In this document: positions 42,276-52,238 of the stretch, piece after piece | Layout of the letters: every line of letters starts with the position of its first letter | Numbering within the stretch: position 1 is the first letter of the stretch | Assembly (NCBI GenBank): GCA_050331235.1 | Contig: JBHJHA010000058.1 | Location: forward strand, 1-64,000 | Length of the DNA stretch: 64,000 nucleotides | Origin: Leptolyngbyaceae cyanobacterium | GTDB lineage: Bacteria; Cyanobacteriota; Cyanobacteriia; Phormidesmidales; Phormidesmidaceae | Direction of reading: 5' to 3' | The notes under the pieces: model-generated | The model's database searches: none | The model's input: the letters and a program-made list of their open reading frames with translations, nothing else | Told to the model about the DNA's origin: nothing | Position numbers and translations under genes: made by a program

Positions 42276-42887
42276 TTAACGCCCTGCGGCATGAAAAATA
42301 GCGTCGGCGGTGAGCGACAAGGCGGGGAAGGTCATCGAGACGATGCGATCGCTGCTGCGAAACTGTCGTAGCTGATATTCACCCTTCTCTAGGCTGTAGA
42401 CCGAAATGGTCGGCGTTTTCGGCGAGCCAATATAGCGAGTTGCTCCAACTGCCAGGTAGTCAACAATCCAATATTCCAGGATGCCGAGCGCTTCATACTC
42501 AGCCAGCTTGTAGAGATAGTCGTCGCGCCAATTGGTTGAACTCACCTCTACGGCGAGCTGAATCGGCTCCTCCAGAGCCGCATATGCTTTCGGGTCAGAT
42601 GTCCAAACGGTTTTATCAATCACACTCACGTCCGGAGTCCGACCTTGCACCAAACCGTCATCGCGGCGAGTTTTGACGGAAGCAAATCGCGAGACTTTGT
42701 AATGGAGCTGATCGCGTCTGACTTCGTCGCGGAAGGCATCGTAGATAAAGTCGGCTACATCATCATGGGCGCGAGTTGCCATTAGCTGAACTTGTTCCCC
42801 GTTAACCAATTCATAGCGATTGCCATCTTCTGGCATCGCCTCCAGAAATTGCAGAAAGCTGAGTGGTGGAGCAAGCGCTTGAGTCAT
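42276..42887 (-). CDS. Uma2-family endonuclease
   Basis: RYELVNG, PDVSV, LAVEVSS, KLAEYEALGILEYWIVD. Confidence 0.92.
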   Translation of the reverse strand: MTQALAPPLSFLQFLEAMPEDGNRYELVNGEQVQLMATRAHDDVADFIYDAFRDEVRRDQLHYKVSRFASVKTRRDDGLVQGRTPDVSVIDKTVWTSDPKAYAALEEPIQLAVEVSSTNWRDDYLYKLAEYEALGILEYWIVDYLAVGATRYIGSPKTPTISVYSLEKGEYQLRQFRSSDRIVSMTFPALSLTADAIFHAAGR

Positions 42888-43028
42888 GATGACGATAGCC
42901 GCAGCTATATGACAGTAGTGGTATGAGGTACCTCTAGTTTACGGGGTTTGAGTAGTAATAGAACAGAAACCTACGCTAAGGCTGAAGTCCTTGCGTTACA
43001 GTCTTCCTGGGCCTTAAAGCGAGCAATA

Positions 43029-44237
43029 TCATTTAGGAATCATCTGTAGCTGGGCATTAATCTCACCAAGTTCAGCCTCCTCTGGGTCAAAGAATCCCCC
43101 AACCCATTCGAGCATCTCCTCATGTTCAGGATGCTCCACGTCTTGGATGGTCTCTAGGAACTCCTGATAGCCCCAAACCCCACCACAGTCTTCCGGTGGA
43201 CAGGCACGCTTGGCTTTGATGCAAACGGGATAGCTAACATCAGGCTCCGCTGGGAGAACCTTTTCAACCAGGACGTCATGCTCCCAGGAGTCTCCGAAGT
43301 CATACAGATAAGAGAACTTAAACTTTTCTCCTGGTACGAGGCGACTCAATTTGACCGCCTGTTCGTCACGTAAGTCCATCTCATCAAAGCCTAAGTCAGG
43401 CATGGGGACGCCATACTCAACGCCTTGAACATGGAAGGAATGGAGGTGTGAATTTGTCCACCCCATTGAGAGCTGAACCACCCAGTGCAACTGCCCTAGG
43501 GTGATATCACTGGGCACCTGTACCCGCCGCCAAATCGGTGGCCGGATGTCCTTGAGGGTGATTTTGAGTTGGTAGATTGATGGAGCTTTCTTTCGAGGAG
43601 CCATTTTAGAGCGCGGGGGATAAAAATCGGGGTGAGTTTCGCGGTGACGTTTCACAATCTCAGTAACTGTCGTCTTGCTGAGCTTCAAATGATGGGCAAC
43701 GGTTCGATAGGCCGTTCCCGCCTCCACCATCTGTATCACTTTTGGGGCCAGCGGGTCTGACTTAATCCGTTGGCCTGGTCGGCGGCCCAAAAGCTTTCCT
43801 CTAGCCTTCGCGGCGGCCAACCCTGAGCGGACTCGTTCGCTGACTAAATCGCGTTCAAACTCTGCCAGCGCTGCCATCAACTGGGCAATCAGACGGCCTT
43901 GCGGGGTCGTTAAGTCGAACTGTAGTCCGGTTTGGGCAATCAAGGAGACTTGCCAACTGTGTAAAGCTTGCAACGTTTGAATCAGGTCTAGAGTGCTGCG
44001 GCCCCATCGAGTCAGTTCGGTCACGAGGACGGCATCAATCTTCCGAGCTTGCGCCAAGGCCATCACCTGCTCTCGTTCAACTCGGGATGACCTTGTCCCT
44101 GGGGCGGTCTCCTTCCACACGCCAACCACCTGGAAATTGGCTTGGGTAGCGTAGTGCAATAAGTCCTGCTCTTGTCGGTCACAGGACTGATCCATGGTTG
44201 AGACCCGGCAATAAATGGCAATCCTTTTTTGTACCAA
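43029..44237 (-). CDS. Serine resolvase fused to a pRiA4b ORF-3-like domain
   Basis: AIYCRVST, ELTRWGRS, AEFERD; then IYQLKITL..PPIWRR..SHLHSF..YDFGDSWEH..CPPEDCGG. Confidence 0.88.
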   Translation of the reverse strand: MVQKRIAIYCRVSTMDQSCDRQEQDLLHYATQANFQVVGVWKETAPGTRSSRVEREQVMALAQARKIDAVLVTELTRWGRSTLDLIQTLQALHSWQVSLIAQTGLQFDLTTPQGRLIAQLMAALAEFERDLVSERVRSGLAAAKARGKLLGRRPGQRIKSDPLAPKVIQMVEAGTAYRTVAHHLKLSKTTVTEIVKRHRETHPDFYPPRSKMAPRKKAPSIYQLKITLKDIRPPIWRRVQVPSDITLGQLHWVVQLSMGWTNSHLHSFHVQGVEYGVPMPDLGFDEMDLRDEQAVKLSRLVPGEKFKFSYLYDFGDSWEHDVLVEKVLPAEPDVSYPVCIKAKRACPPEDCGGVWGYQEFLETIQDVEHPEHEEMLEWVGGFFDPEEAELGEINAQLQMIPK

Positions 44238-44292
44238 TTAAACCCTTCTGACTTTAGAGGGCTGAAACCCGCGATGTGTCGTACCGTTTTGG

Positions 44293-44324
44293 TGTACCAA
44301 TCAGACTATACTCTGACTGGTACA
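44293..44324. other. Putative res subsite of Tn B
   Basis: TGTACCAATCAGA-CTATAC-TCTGACTGGTACA palindrome between the divergent resolvase and tnpA. Confidence 0.55.
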
Positions 44325-44354
44325 AATTATGATGGGATTAGCTACCTCAGTCGC

Positions 44355-47300
44355 ATGCCTGTTCGTTTTCTGACGGAAGAGCAACAACAGCGCTATGGGT
44401 GCTATCTAGACACACCAACTGAGCTTCAGCTGGACCGATACTTTCATCTCGATGACGTAGACCGACAACTGATAGCTGCACGCCGGGGCGACCACAATCG
44501 GTTGGGGTTTGCCGTGCAGTTGGGAACTGTGCGTTTCTTGGGGACCTTCCTGGCCAATCCAATTGAGGTGCCGCCCAACGTCGTTGACTATTTAGCGCAG
44601 CAGCTAGAGGTCGCTAGTACGAGTAGCCTGCCAACTTATCTGGAGCGAGAGGAAACCCGCTGGGGACACACGGCGCTGATCAAGCGTCACTATGGCTACC
44701 AGGATTTTAGCGCTCAGCCAGCACACTGGCGATTTATTCGTTGGCTCTATGCTCGCGCCTGGGTAGGAACAGAAGGCCCCAGCGTTCTCTTTGATATTGC
44801 GACAACGCAGCTGCTGGAGCAGAAAATTTTACTCCCTGGCGTCAGCGTCTTGGAACGGTTGGTAGCGACTGTGAGGGAGCGGGTGTCACAGCGGGTATGG
44901 AAGGTCTTGTCACGTCTGCCGACAGCTGAGCAATGCCAGCGCCTGGACGCCATTCTCAAAGTGGATGAGGATGCTAGGCAAACGGTCCTTGATCAGCTCA
45001 GGCGCTCACCGACGCGCCATAGCGCTCCAGCGCTGGTGGCGGCACTTCATCGGTTAAAGCGGATACGGGCCATTGGCGTCAGCCATCTGGTGATGCCAAT
45101 GGTTCCGCCCAGTCGGTTGAAGGCGTTGTCACGAGCTGCATTCACCTCCCGCGCCCAGACTATTCAGCGGATGCCGAAAGCTCGGCGGATAGCGACGTTG
45201 TTAGCCTTTGCCCGTGATGTCGAAGCGACGGCCCAGGATGATGCGCTGACGGTTCTAGAGCTACTCACAAAAGAATTGTTGTCCAAATCAGCGAGTCAAG
45301 GAAGAAAGAAACGGCTGCGGACACTCAAAGATTTAGATGCGGCGGCGCTGACGTTGAGTACCGCCTGCGCCATTCTCATAGCGCCAGAGCAGGAAGTTAC
45401 TCAGCTGCGCGAGACAATCTTTGCTCAGGTTCCCCCAGAACAACTAGCAGCAGCGGTCGAGCCGGTGGAATCCATTGCCCGCCCACCAGATGACCAATAT
45501 TACCCTGAGATTTTGAGTCGCTGGCGCACCGTGCGGTTATTCCTGCCGACGCTGTTGAATACGATTGACTTTCAGGCAACCCAGGCAGGGCAGGACATTC
45601 TAGCGGCGGTAGCCTTTCTCAAATCGATTGAGGGCAAGCGTAAGCCTGTCATGACGGAGGCTCCTTTATCGATTGTCAGCAAAGGCTGGTGGCGTTGGGT
45701 ATGTCCAGCTCCAGGCGAAATTGATCGCCGTGCCTACACTTTCTGTGTGCTGGAACAGTTGATGAATGGGCTGCGCTGCCGGGACTTGTACGTGTCTCCG
45801 AGTGTGCAGTGGAGCAACCCACAGGAAAAATTGATTCAGGGCCGCGAGTGGGTGGCGGTGCGCAGCCAGGTCTGTCGCACGTTGAATCTTGCGCCGAAGC
45901 CTGATGAGAAATTAACGCAGCTAAAGCAGCAGCTCAATGATGCTTACCACCGGACGGCTCAGAATCTGCCCAACAATGATGCTGTACAAATTGTTGAGCA
46001 AGAGAACGGGCGACCAACCCTGACAATTAGCCCGCTAGAGAAGCTAGAAGAGTCTGAAAATTTGCGATCGCTCAGGGCGAAGGTGACGCCCCTGCTGCCT
46101 CGGGTAGATCTCCCGGAAGTACTGCTAGAGACTCACGAAAAAACAGGCTTTCTCGATGCTTTCTCTCATGCTCATGAGGAAGGTGCTCGCGCTGATAACC
46201 TCACCACTAGCCTCTGCGCTGTCCTGGTGGCGATGGCCTGTAACATTGGGCTCAGACCGTTGCAGCGTAAGGATACGCCTGCGTTAACGAAGCATCGTTT
46301 GGCTTGGGTGAAGCAGCACTACATTCGAGCTGAAACACTCGTTGAATCGAATGCTTGTTTGGTGAATGCACAGAAAAATGTTCCCATTGTTCAGGCTTGG
46401 GGTGGCGGTGAGGTCGCTTCTGCCGATGGTTTAAGGTTTGTCGTGCCAGTGAAAACATTAAATGCTGGCCCTAATCGCAAGTATTTCAGCAGCGCGGGGT
46501 ATTACCTACTACAACTTTGTCTCAGATTTGTTTGCTGGGTTTCACGGCCTAGTGGTGACCGGGACGCTGAGAGATTCGTTGGTCGTGCTGGTCGGCTTGC
46601 TGGAGCAGCGGACAGGGCTGAGGCCGCGCGAACTGATGACGGATACGGCAGGTTACAGCGATATCGTCTTTGGTCTGTTCTGGTTACTGGGCTATCAGTT
46701 CAGTCCGCGCCTGGCCGACACTGGTGAGGCCCGCTTCTGGCGACTCGACCCAAAGGCTGACTATGGTGTACTCGATGGGATAGCTCATCAGAAGGTGAAA
46801 GTGCATCTCATTGAAAACTCGTGGGACGACATGCTACGGGTAGCTGGGTCGCTCAAGTTCGGTAGGGTCAGCGCTTTGGAAATTATGCGCGTGCTACAGA
46901 AGGGCGGGAAGCCGTCTACGTTGGGCAAGGCCATTGGTGAGCTGGGCCGGGTGGCGAAGACATTGTATTTGTTGCACTACATCGATGATGAGGATTATCG
47001 GCGACGCATTCTTATCCAGCTCAATCGAGGGGAAGGGCGGCACAGTTTGGCCAGGGCGATCTGTCATGGCAACAAAGGGGAGATCCGGCAGCGCTATCGT
47101 GAGGGGCAGGAGGATCAACTCAATGCGCTGGGGCTGGTCACCAATGCTGTCATTCTCTGGAATACTCTGTACATGGATAGAGCCCTTGATCACCTCCGTG
47201 CTCAGGGCTTAGAGATCGATCCTGACGACATCGCTCGGTTGTCGCCGCTGGGACATATCCATATCAATATGCTCGGTCGTTATTACTTCGAGCTGGCTGA

Positions 47301-47367
47301 GGCACTCAAGGAGGGTGGGTTTAGGCCGCTGCGGAACCCTGATGACCCAAATGAGCCATTTTACTAG
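44355..47367 (+). pseudogene. tnpA: Tn3-family transposase of Tn B, frameshifted near 46490
   Basis: MPVRFL, NRLGFAVQLGTVRFLG, ASADGLRF; then RGITYYNF, MTDTAG, QLNRGEGRH in another frame. Confidence 0.92.
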
Positions 47368-47436
47368 GCTCGAAGCTAAGCGTGGCAACGGATGTAGCCT
47401 TAGCGCAGGTTTCTGTTCCGTTACTACTCAAACCCC

Positions 47437-47682
47437 TATCCTGTCCGACCTGATGACTCACAGCGATAGCTGTGGTGACGTGGCCAGGGTAGCCCTACTC
47501 AGCCAGGTGTCGCCAGTCGCGTGGCAGCACATCAATTTTTATGGTCGCTATGAGTTCAATAAGCAGCCTGAAACCATCGATATAGAAGCGATTCTTCAAC
47601 AGTTGATACAGCTGAGGATTGAGTAAGACTCACTCGTCTGATTGTGGAATATACCTTTTCGAGGGGTTATGCAAAAAACCCC
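47437..47682 (+). mobile_element. Second copy of the Tn A right end (246 bp)
   Basis: Near-identical to 35346-35591 (one substitution seen). Confidence 0.95.
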
Positions 47683-47693
47683 TGTATCGGATC

Positions 47694-47732
47694 CCGCCCC
47701 TCCTGTGGAAAACCAATGATCAATGCGGGTCT
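47694..47732. repeat. 39-bp direct repeat, right copy (partner at 31629-31667)
   Basis: Contains the stop codon of the DUF1016 gene. Confidence 0.92.
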
Positions 47733-48784
47733 TCTTCTTCACCCGGACTGGCCGCCATCTCTAGGGGAACAGCTTTGAGTTCTTTTTCTAACCGTTCGAC
47801 CGACGGGAGCTGCGTTTCTAAGGGAGCCGGGATTGTCCGATGCGTGGAAATCCCAATAGGCTTTTGCAAATCCCGTAGGGCATATTCAGCGATCGTTTTA
47901 TTTTTGGCTCGGCACAGAATTAAGCCAATCGTCGGGCCATCATCGGGATGCCGGAGCAAGTCGTCGATCGCCGATACGTAAAAATTCATGCGACCAGAAT
48001 ATTCCGGCTGAAAGTCTCCCATCTTTAAATCAATGACGACAAAGCACCGCAGCTTCAGGTGATAAAATAACAGATCTACATAAAAGTCTTCGCCACTTAC
48101 TTCTAAATGGTGCTGACTCCCTACGAAGGCAAAGCCAACACCCAGCTCCAACAAAAAGTCGCGAATGTGATCAACCAGCGCCTGCTGCACCTCTCGTTCC
48201 TGAGCATCTGCCGAGATCGTTAAAAAATCAAACGTGTAGGAATTTTTGACAAGATCCCTAGCCAAATCAGACTGGAGCTCAGGGAGCGTTTGCTCAAAAT
48301 TAGTAATCGCGTCACTTTTGTGTCGACTGTAAAGCTGCTGGTCAATCTGAGTCAGAAGGATATTGCGGCTCCAGCCGTGGGCGATCGCCTGCTGGGCGTA
48401 CCACAGTCTGGCTTCAGGGTCCTTGATCGCCTCCATCAAGCGAACATTATGCCCCCAGGGCAGGTTAGCCATCACCTCGTGCAACACCGCTTCATCCGGA
48501 TAGGTTTCGGCAAAGGCCCGCATGTAGTGCAGATTGCGCGGAGAAAAACCTTTCATGCCGGGAAACTCGCCGCGTAGGTCCTGGGCAATGCGCTCAATGA
48601 CCTTACTGCCCCAACCCTGTGCTGTCTGACGTTGTAAAATTGCTTGCCCAATCTGCCAGTAAAGCAGGACCAGCTCCCGATTGACCGCTAAAGCCGACCG
48701 AACTTGTGCCCGCCGAATATGATCTTTTAGCTGCGTAATCAGATGCTCATATTCAGGGGTCTGGGAAGGCAGCAAAGCAGACAT
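47720..48784 (-). CDS. DUF1016 / YhcG PDDEXK nuclease-domain protein (chromosomal copy)
   Basis: AVNRELVLLYWQIG, GFSPRNL, LPWGHN, LELGVGFAFVGSQ, VDLLFYH. Confidence 0.92.
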   Translation of the reverse strand: MSALLPSQTPEYEHLITQLKDHIRRAQVRSALAVNRELVLLYWQIGQAILQRQTAQGWGSKVIERIAQDLRGEFPGMKGFSPRNLHYMRAFAETYPDEAVLHEVMANLPWGHNVRLMEAIKDPEARLWYAQQAIAHGWSRNILLTQIDQQLYSRHKSDAITNFEQTLPELQSDLARDLVKNSYTFDFLTISADAQEREVQQALVDHIRDFLLELGVGFAFVGSQHHLEVSGEDFYVDLLFYHLKLRCFVVIDLKMGDFQPEYSGRMNFYVSAIDDLLRHPDDGPTIGLILCRAKNKTIAEYALRDLQKPIGISTHRTIPAPLETQLPSVERLEKELKAVPLEMAASPGEEEDPH

Positions 48785-48806
48785 AACGACACACGATTCA
48801 TTCCAA

Positions 48807-48876
48807 GAATCTGCAACAGGCTGTTGCAAGATTCACATCGTACCGCCTCGAGATAAATGTGCAACGGGCTGTTGCA
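48807..48876. promoter_or_regulatory. Two TGCAAC-N5-GTTGCA palindromes upstream of the DUF1016 gene
   Basis: Cores at 48812-48828 and 48860-48876. Confidence 0.6.
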
Positions 48877-48931
48877 GCAATTGCAAATGGCTATACACCT
48901 ATCAAAATTTAGTATAAATGAATTATCTAGC

Positions 48932-49408
48932 TTAGGGAATTTTCCACAGATATAGTGTTGATTCTTCCTCAGAGTGCGGCAAACGCAGCATCTCATCGGG
49001 ATACCAGTCACCCATATCAAACTGGTGAGACACAATGCGAGTCCCTGCTCGCAATTGCTGCCACAGCTGTGGCAGCAGTCGCCTGTTGAGATGTGGCAAC
49101 AAATAGAGTGCAACTACCGTCGCCTCGGTAAACTGACTCTCAAACAAATTACCCTGTTGCAGAGAAATGAGGTGAGCAACGCCGGCCACTTTGGCTTGCT
49201 GCCGGGCTCGCTGTAGGCACACCGGGTCAATATCAATGCCCACACCACGGGTGCCCCACCGCTGCGCCGCGCGAATCAGCAATCGACCATCACCACAACC
49301 TAAATCGTAGAGTACGTCTTGTGCGCCCACCTGAGCCAGCTCAAGCATCGCCTCCACTGCATCGGGGGGCGTGGGAATGTAGGCAATATCAGGGCGATGA
49401 GTGACCAA
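48932..49408 (-). CDS. Class I SAM-dependent methyltransferase
   Basis: YIPTP, YDLGCGDGR, GIDID, RIVSHQF. Confidence 0.9.
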   Translation of the reverse strand: MVTHRPDIAYIPTPPDAVEAMLELAQVGAQDVLYDLGCGDGRLLIRAAQRWGTRGVGIDIDPVCLQRARQQAKVAGVAHLISLQQGNLFESQFTEATVVALYLLPHLNRRLLPQLWQQLRAGTRIVSHQFDMGDWYPDEMLRLPHSEEESTLYLWKIP

Positions 49409-49410
49409 TA

Positions 49411-50076
49411 TCAGTGTCCATGTAATGAGCTAGAGCTAGCCTCAGCACGCACTGCTGTGATCAACCCTTGCAGGTGCGATCGCACTGACTCCAGAGTATA
49501 TTCTGCATCGGGATGGGGAGGCTGCCCGGAATATTTAAAGTGAGGGCGTTCGCCGTACATACGCCCCCAGCGCATATCGACCCGCCAAACGAACTCCCGG
49601 AGATGCGACTCCTGAGTCACCAAGGGCTGCAACAGTTCAACCAGTGCCCCTAGTGGTGAGTCTAAGTGACGGCTACAGGCCGCATCCTCCATCCGTACAA
49701 GATCCAAAAGCGTTGCTAAAAGGGCTCCCGAAGGATCGTTCAGATGAGTCCGGATAAATACCATCAGCTCATTTTTGACTTGGGTGAGTCGAGGAATCGT
49801 GGACTCACCTTTGAGAAAATCGCCCCCCTGCTGCGCGATCGCCTCAGCCAAGGAAAACTGACGGCCTTGGCGGATTTCTTGCTCAAGCGCCCGATCATAA
49901 TTGGCCTGGTCAACCAGCGAGCCGGTATTGCGATCGCCCTTTTCCTCACTCCCTAGCCTCAGTGGCCGAGCAGATGACCGCTCGGATCTATCAGGGTGAA
50001 CCGATACCCGAGCCAGCCCCGTACCGGTCAACCAAGCCCAACCGCGACGCACTGTGATCAGTATCTGCCTAATCAA
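49411..50076 (-). CDS. Conserved hypothetical protein
   Basis: FSLAEAI..GGDFLKGES, WGRMYGERPHF..HPDAEYT; start uncertain. Confidence 0.7.
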   Translation of the reverse strand: MIRQILITVRRGWAWLTGTGLARVSVHPDRSERSSARPLRLGSEEKGDRNTGSLVDQANYDRALEQEIRQGRQFSLAEAIAQQGGDFLKGESTIPRLTQVKNELMVFIRTHLNDPSGALLATLLDLVRMEDAACSRHLDSPLGALVELLQPLVTQESHLREFVWRVDMRWGRMYGERPHFKYSGQPPHPDAEYTLESVRSHLQGLITAVRAEASSSSLHGH

Positions 50077-50350
50077 TCCGCTCTAGCTGCCAGAGAATCT
50101 GATTTCCCTCCCGACGCACACGAGAAACTGACCAGTTGCGCCAGGCCCAGTATTCACCCCGACTAGTCACTGCACTCGCGTTCACATCCATCAAATCAGC
50201 GAGCTCAGAGCTAGTGATCAGATAGCCTTCTTTCGCAATCACATCAGCAATCTGTAGCGTATCGATCATATTGCGGAGCTGAGTAACTCGCGCCTCACGG
50301 GGGAGATTTTCGAGATTGTCATATACGTCATTGACGCCCGGCTCTACCAT
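50069..50350 (-). CDS. Conserved hypothetical cyanobacterial protein
   Basis: GYLITSSELADLMDVNASAVTSRG..WRNW. Confidence 0.75.
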   Translation of the reverse strand: MVEPGVNDVYDNLENLPREARVTQLRNMIDTLQIADVIAKEGYLITSSELADLMDVNASAVTSRGEYWAWRNWSVSRVRREGNQILWQLERID

Positions 50351-50461
50351 TTTATATCCCTGTAAGACATCGCTTCTATTCTAGGTCTTCTCTCTAAAAT
50401 ATCTCGGAAAATTCCATCATATATTTACCTCAATTAGCATGATAAATCTCTATGATGAACT

Positions 50462-51190
50462 CTACTTGGGCGACGCTACCACCGCGGTCAAACTAGCCGC
50501 TTGTGGATGCTGACGCAGAGCGATCGCCCGATTTTGAGAAAAAGACCGAGCAATCTCGTCACATCTTTCATTCCCTTCATTACCAGTATGTCCGCGCACG
50601 TAGGTCCATTTCACAGACATACCAGTTTGTTGAGCGGCGGCCTGATTTAGGATGTCCAATTGCTGCCATAAATCTTTATTCAAAACTGGTTTTTTGGCCG
50701 ATGTTTGCCAGCCCCGTCGCTTCCAGCCGTCGATCCATTGGGTAATGCCTTTTTTGACATATTCGCTGTCAGTAAAAAGTTCCACAGGCTGCTTTTGCTC
50801 TGAGGAAATAAGAGCCTGAAGGCCTGCGATCGCCGCCTGCATTTCCATCCGATTATTCGTCGTCTTGGGGGCTCCACCCCCCAGTTCGTGAACGGAGCCA
50901 TCGGCAAAATACAGCACGGTCCCCCAGCCGCCGGGGCCGGGATTGCCTGAACAAGCACCATCCGTATAGATTGACTGAACTACTGGCAACCCTGTGCCGC
51001 CTGACTGATCTGCAGCTGGCAGAGAGCTGATAGTCGGCTGATCATCGCTCGTTGGGGAGTCCTCGGAGCGAGCCGATATACCGGATGCGGGTGGCTGAGC
51101 TTTGAGGAACCTAGCAAAGTTGAGTACCTGGCTGATGATAGAGTCAGGCAAACCATCCAGCTCGGCTATCAACTGCTCTTTCAACGTCAT
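50462..51190 (-). CDS. rnhA: Ribonuclease HI with an extra N-terminal helical domain
   Basis: [35 protein letters not shown]. Confidence 0.92.
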   Translation of the reverse strand: MTLKEQLIAELDGLPDSIISQVLNFARFLKAQPPASGISARSEDSPTSDDQPTISSLPAADQSGGTGLPVVQSIYTDGACSGNPGPGGWGTVLYFADGSVHELGGGAPKTTNNRMEMQAAIAGLQALISSEQKQPVELFTDSEYVKKGITQWIDGWKRRGWQTSAKKPVLNKDLWQQLDILNQAAAQQTGMSVKWTYVRGHTGNEGNERCDEIARSFSQNRAIALRQHPQAASLTAVVASPK

Positions 51191-51326
51191 AAATATCTTG
51201 CACCAGGATTTCTCACCTGTGCATCGTAAAGCATTACTGCGATTTGCTGATCGATTTCTCGACTCAAGCGATCGCCCAGTCACCGATAGGCATATCTCCG
51301 GTGTCGTCCTGGCTCCTAGCTCGTTG

Positions 51327-52238
51327 CTAGCCGCCCACTGTCAACATCTGACGTCGCTGACCCGCCCTTTCCCAAAAAAAGCCAGCAACATTGGCCACCT
51401 GTGAAATGCCCATCAACCCTGACACGAGAATGCCTTGATGAAACGGTAAATGATGAAAGGGGTAGGTCAGCAGCTTCCAATAAAAACTGAGCTTTTCGAC
51501 CTTGATAGTGCCGTCAGTTCGGTCAGCACGTGTTTGGTGGAAACAAAAAGCACCTCGCCCATAGTTGAAATGCTGCCGCCAAAACGAGCGCAACTTTAGC
51601 GTATGGGAATGGTAGATCTGCATGTCGGGGGCATATCGCATGGAGTAACGATGATGGCGCCAGCGATCGCAAAACTCTCGATCCTCCCCGGCAGCCAATG
51701 GAAAGCTCGTATCAAATCCGGCTAGCGCCTGGTATCTTTCACGGGGCACCGCAAAGTTATTGGATGCGAAAAAGCTAGCCTCTCCCTCAACAGGATTATA
51801 AAACTCGTAAAGGTAGTCAATCAATACCTGACTGGCGGTGGAACAGAGATTGTGGGGAAGCGCATTAATCGTCTTGCCCCCGACTAAGGCATCAGGGTGC
51901 GCCTTAAGCGTTTTTTCTAATGCCATCAACCAAGACGGTGTTGGCTGGCAGTCATCATCAGTAAATACCAAGTAGCGCCCCTGAGCGACAGCAGCACCAG
52001 CATTCCGGGCACTGGCCGGTCCCCCATTCGCTTGCCGCAAAAATCGCAGATTCAATGCATCCTGAAAGGTCAGCACAACTGGTTCTAAAGATTCGCGGCT
52101 ACCGTCGTCAACGACCACGACTTCGTAGCGATCGCGGGCATAGTCCAAGCGAGTCAAACTTTGCAGACACTGCCTAAGCCGCTCGGGGCGGTTATATGTC
52201 GGGATAACAATAGAGAAATTGAATAGTTGAGCACTCAT
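51327..52238 (-). CDS. GT2 glycosyltransferase
   Basis: [24 protein letters not shown]. Confidence 0.92.
   Translation of the reverse strand: MSAQLFNFSIVIPTYNRPERLRQCLQSLTRLDYARDRYEVVVVDDGSRESLEPVVLTFQDALNLRFLRQANGGPASARNAGAAVAQGRYLVFTDDDCQPTPSWLMALEKTLKAHPDALVGGKTINALPHNLCSTASQVLIDYLYEFYNPVEGEASFFASNNFAVPRERYQALAGFDTSFPLAAGEDREFCDRWRHHRYSMRYAPDMQIYHSHTLKLRSFWRQHFNYGRGAFCFHQTRADRTDGTIKVEKLSFYWKLLTYPFHHLPFHQGILVSGLMGISQVANVAGFFWERAGQRRQMLTVGG

Larger units (their letters stand above)
42943..47436. mobile_element. Tn3-family transposon B
   Basis: 38-bp IRs GGGGTTTGAGTAGTAA..GAACAGAAACCT.CGCTAAG at 42943-42980 and 47399-47436 (3 mismatches); flanks TTTAC/TATCC do not form a TSD. Confidence 0.92.
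31696..47682. mobile_element. Composite Tn3-bounded insertion, probably a plasmid cointegrate remnant
   Basis: Outer 41-bp IRs (31696-31736, 47642-47682) and TGTAT target duplication at 31691-31695 and 47683-47687. Confidence 0.88.

Noticed and set aside
47315..47981. ORFs 47315-47626 and 47619-47981, and the N-terminus of 35528-36289
   Set aside because: Chimeric read-through of transposon ends and the duplicated tnpA tail, not genes
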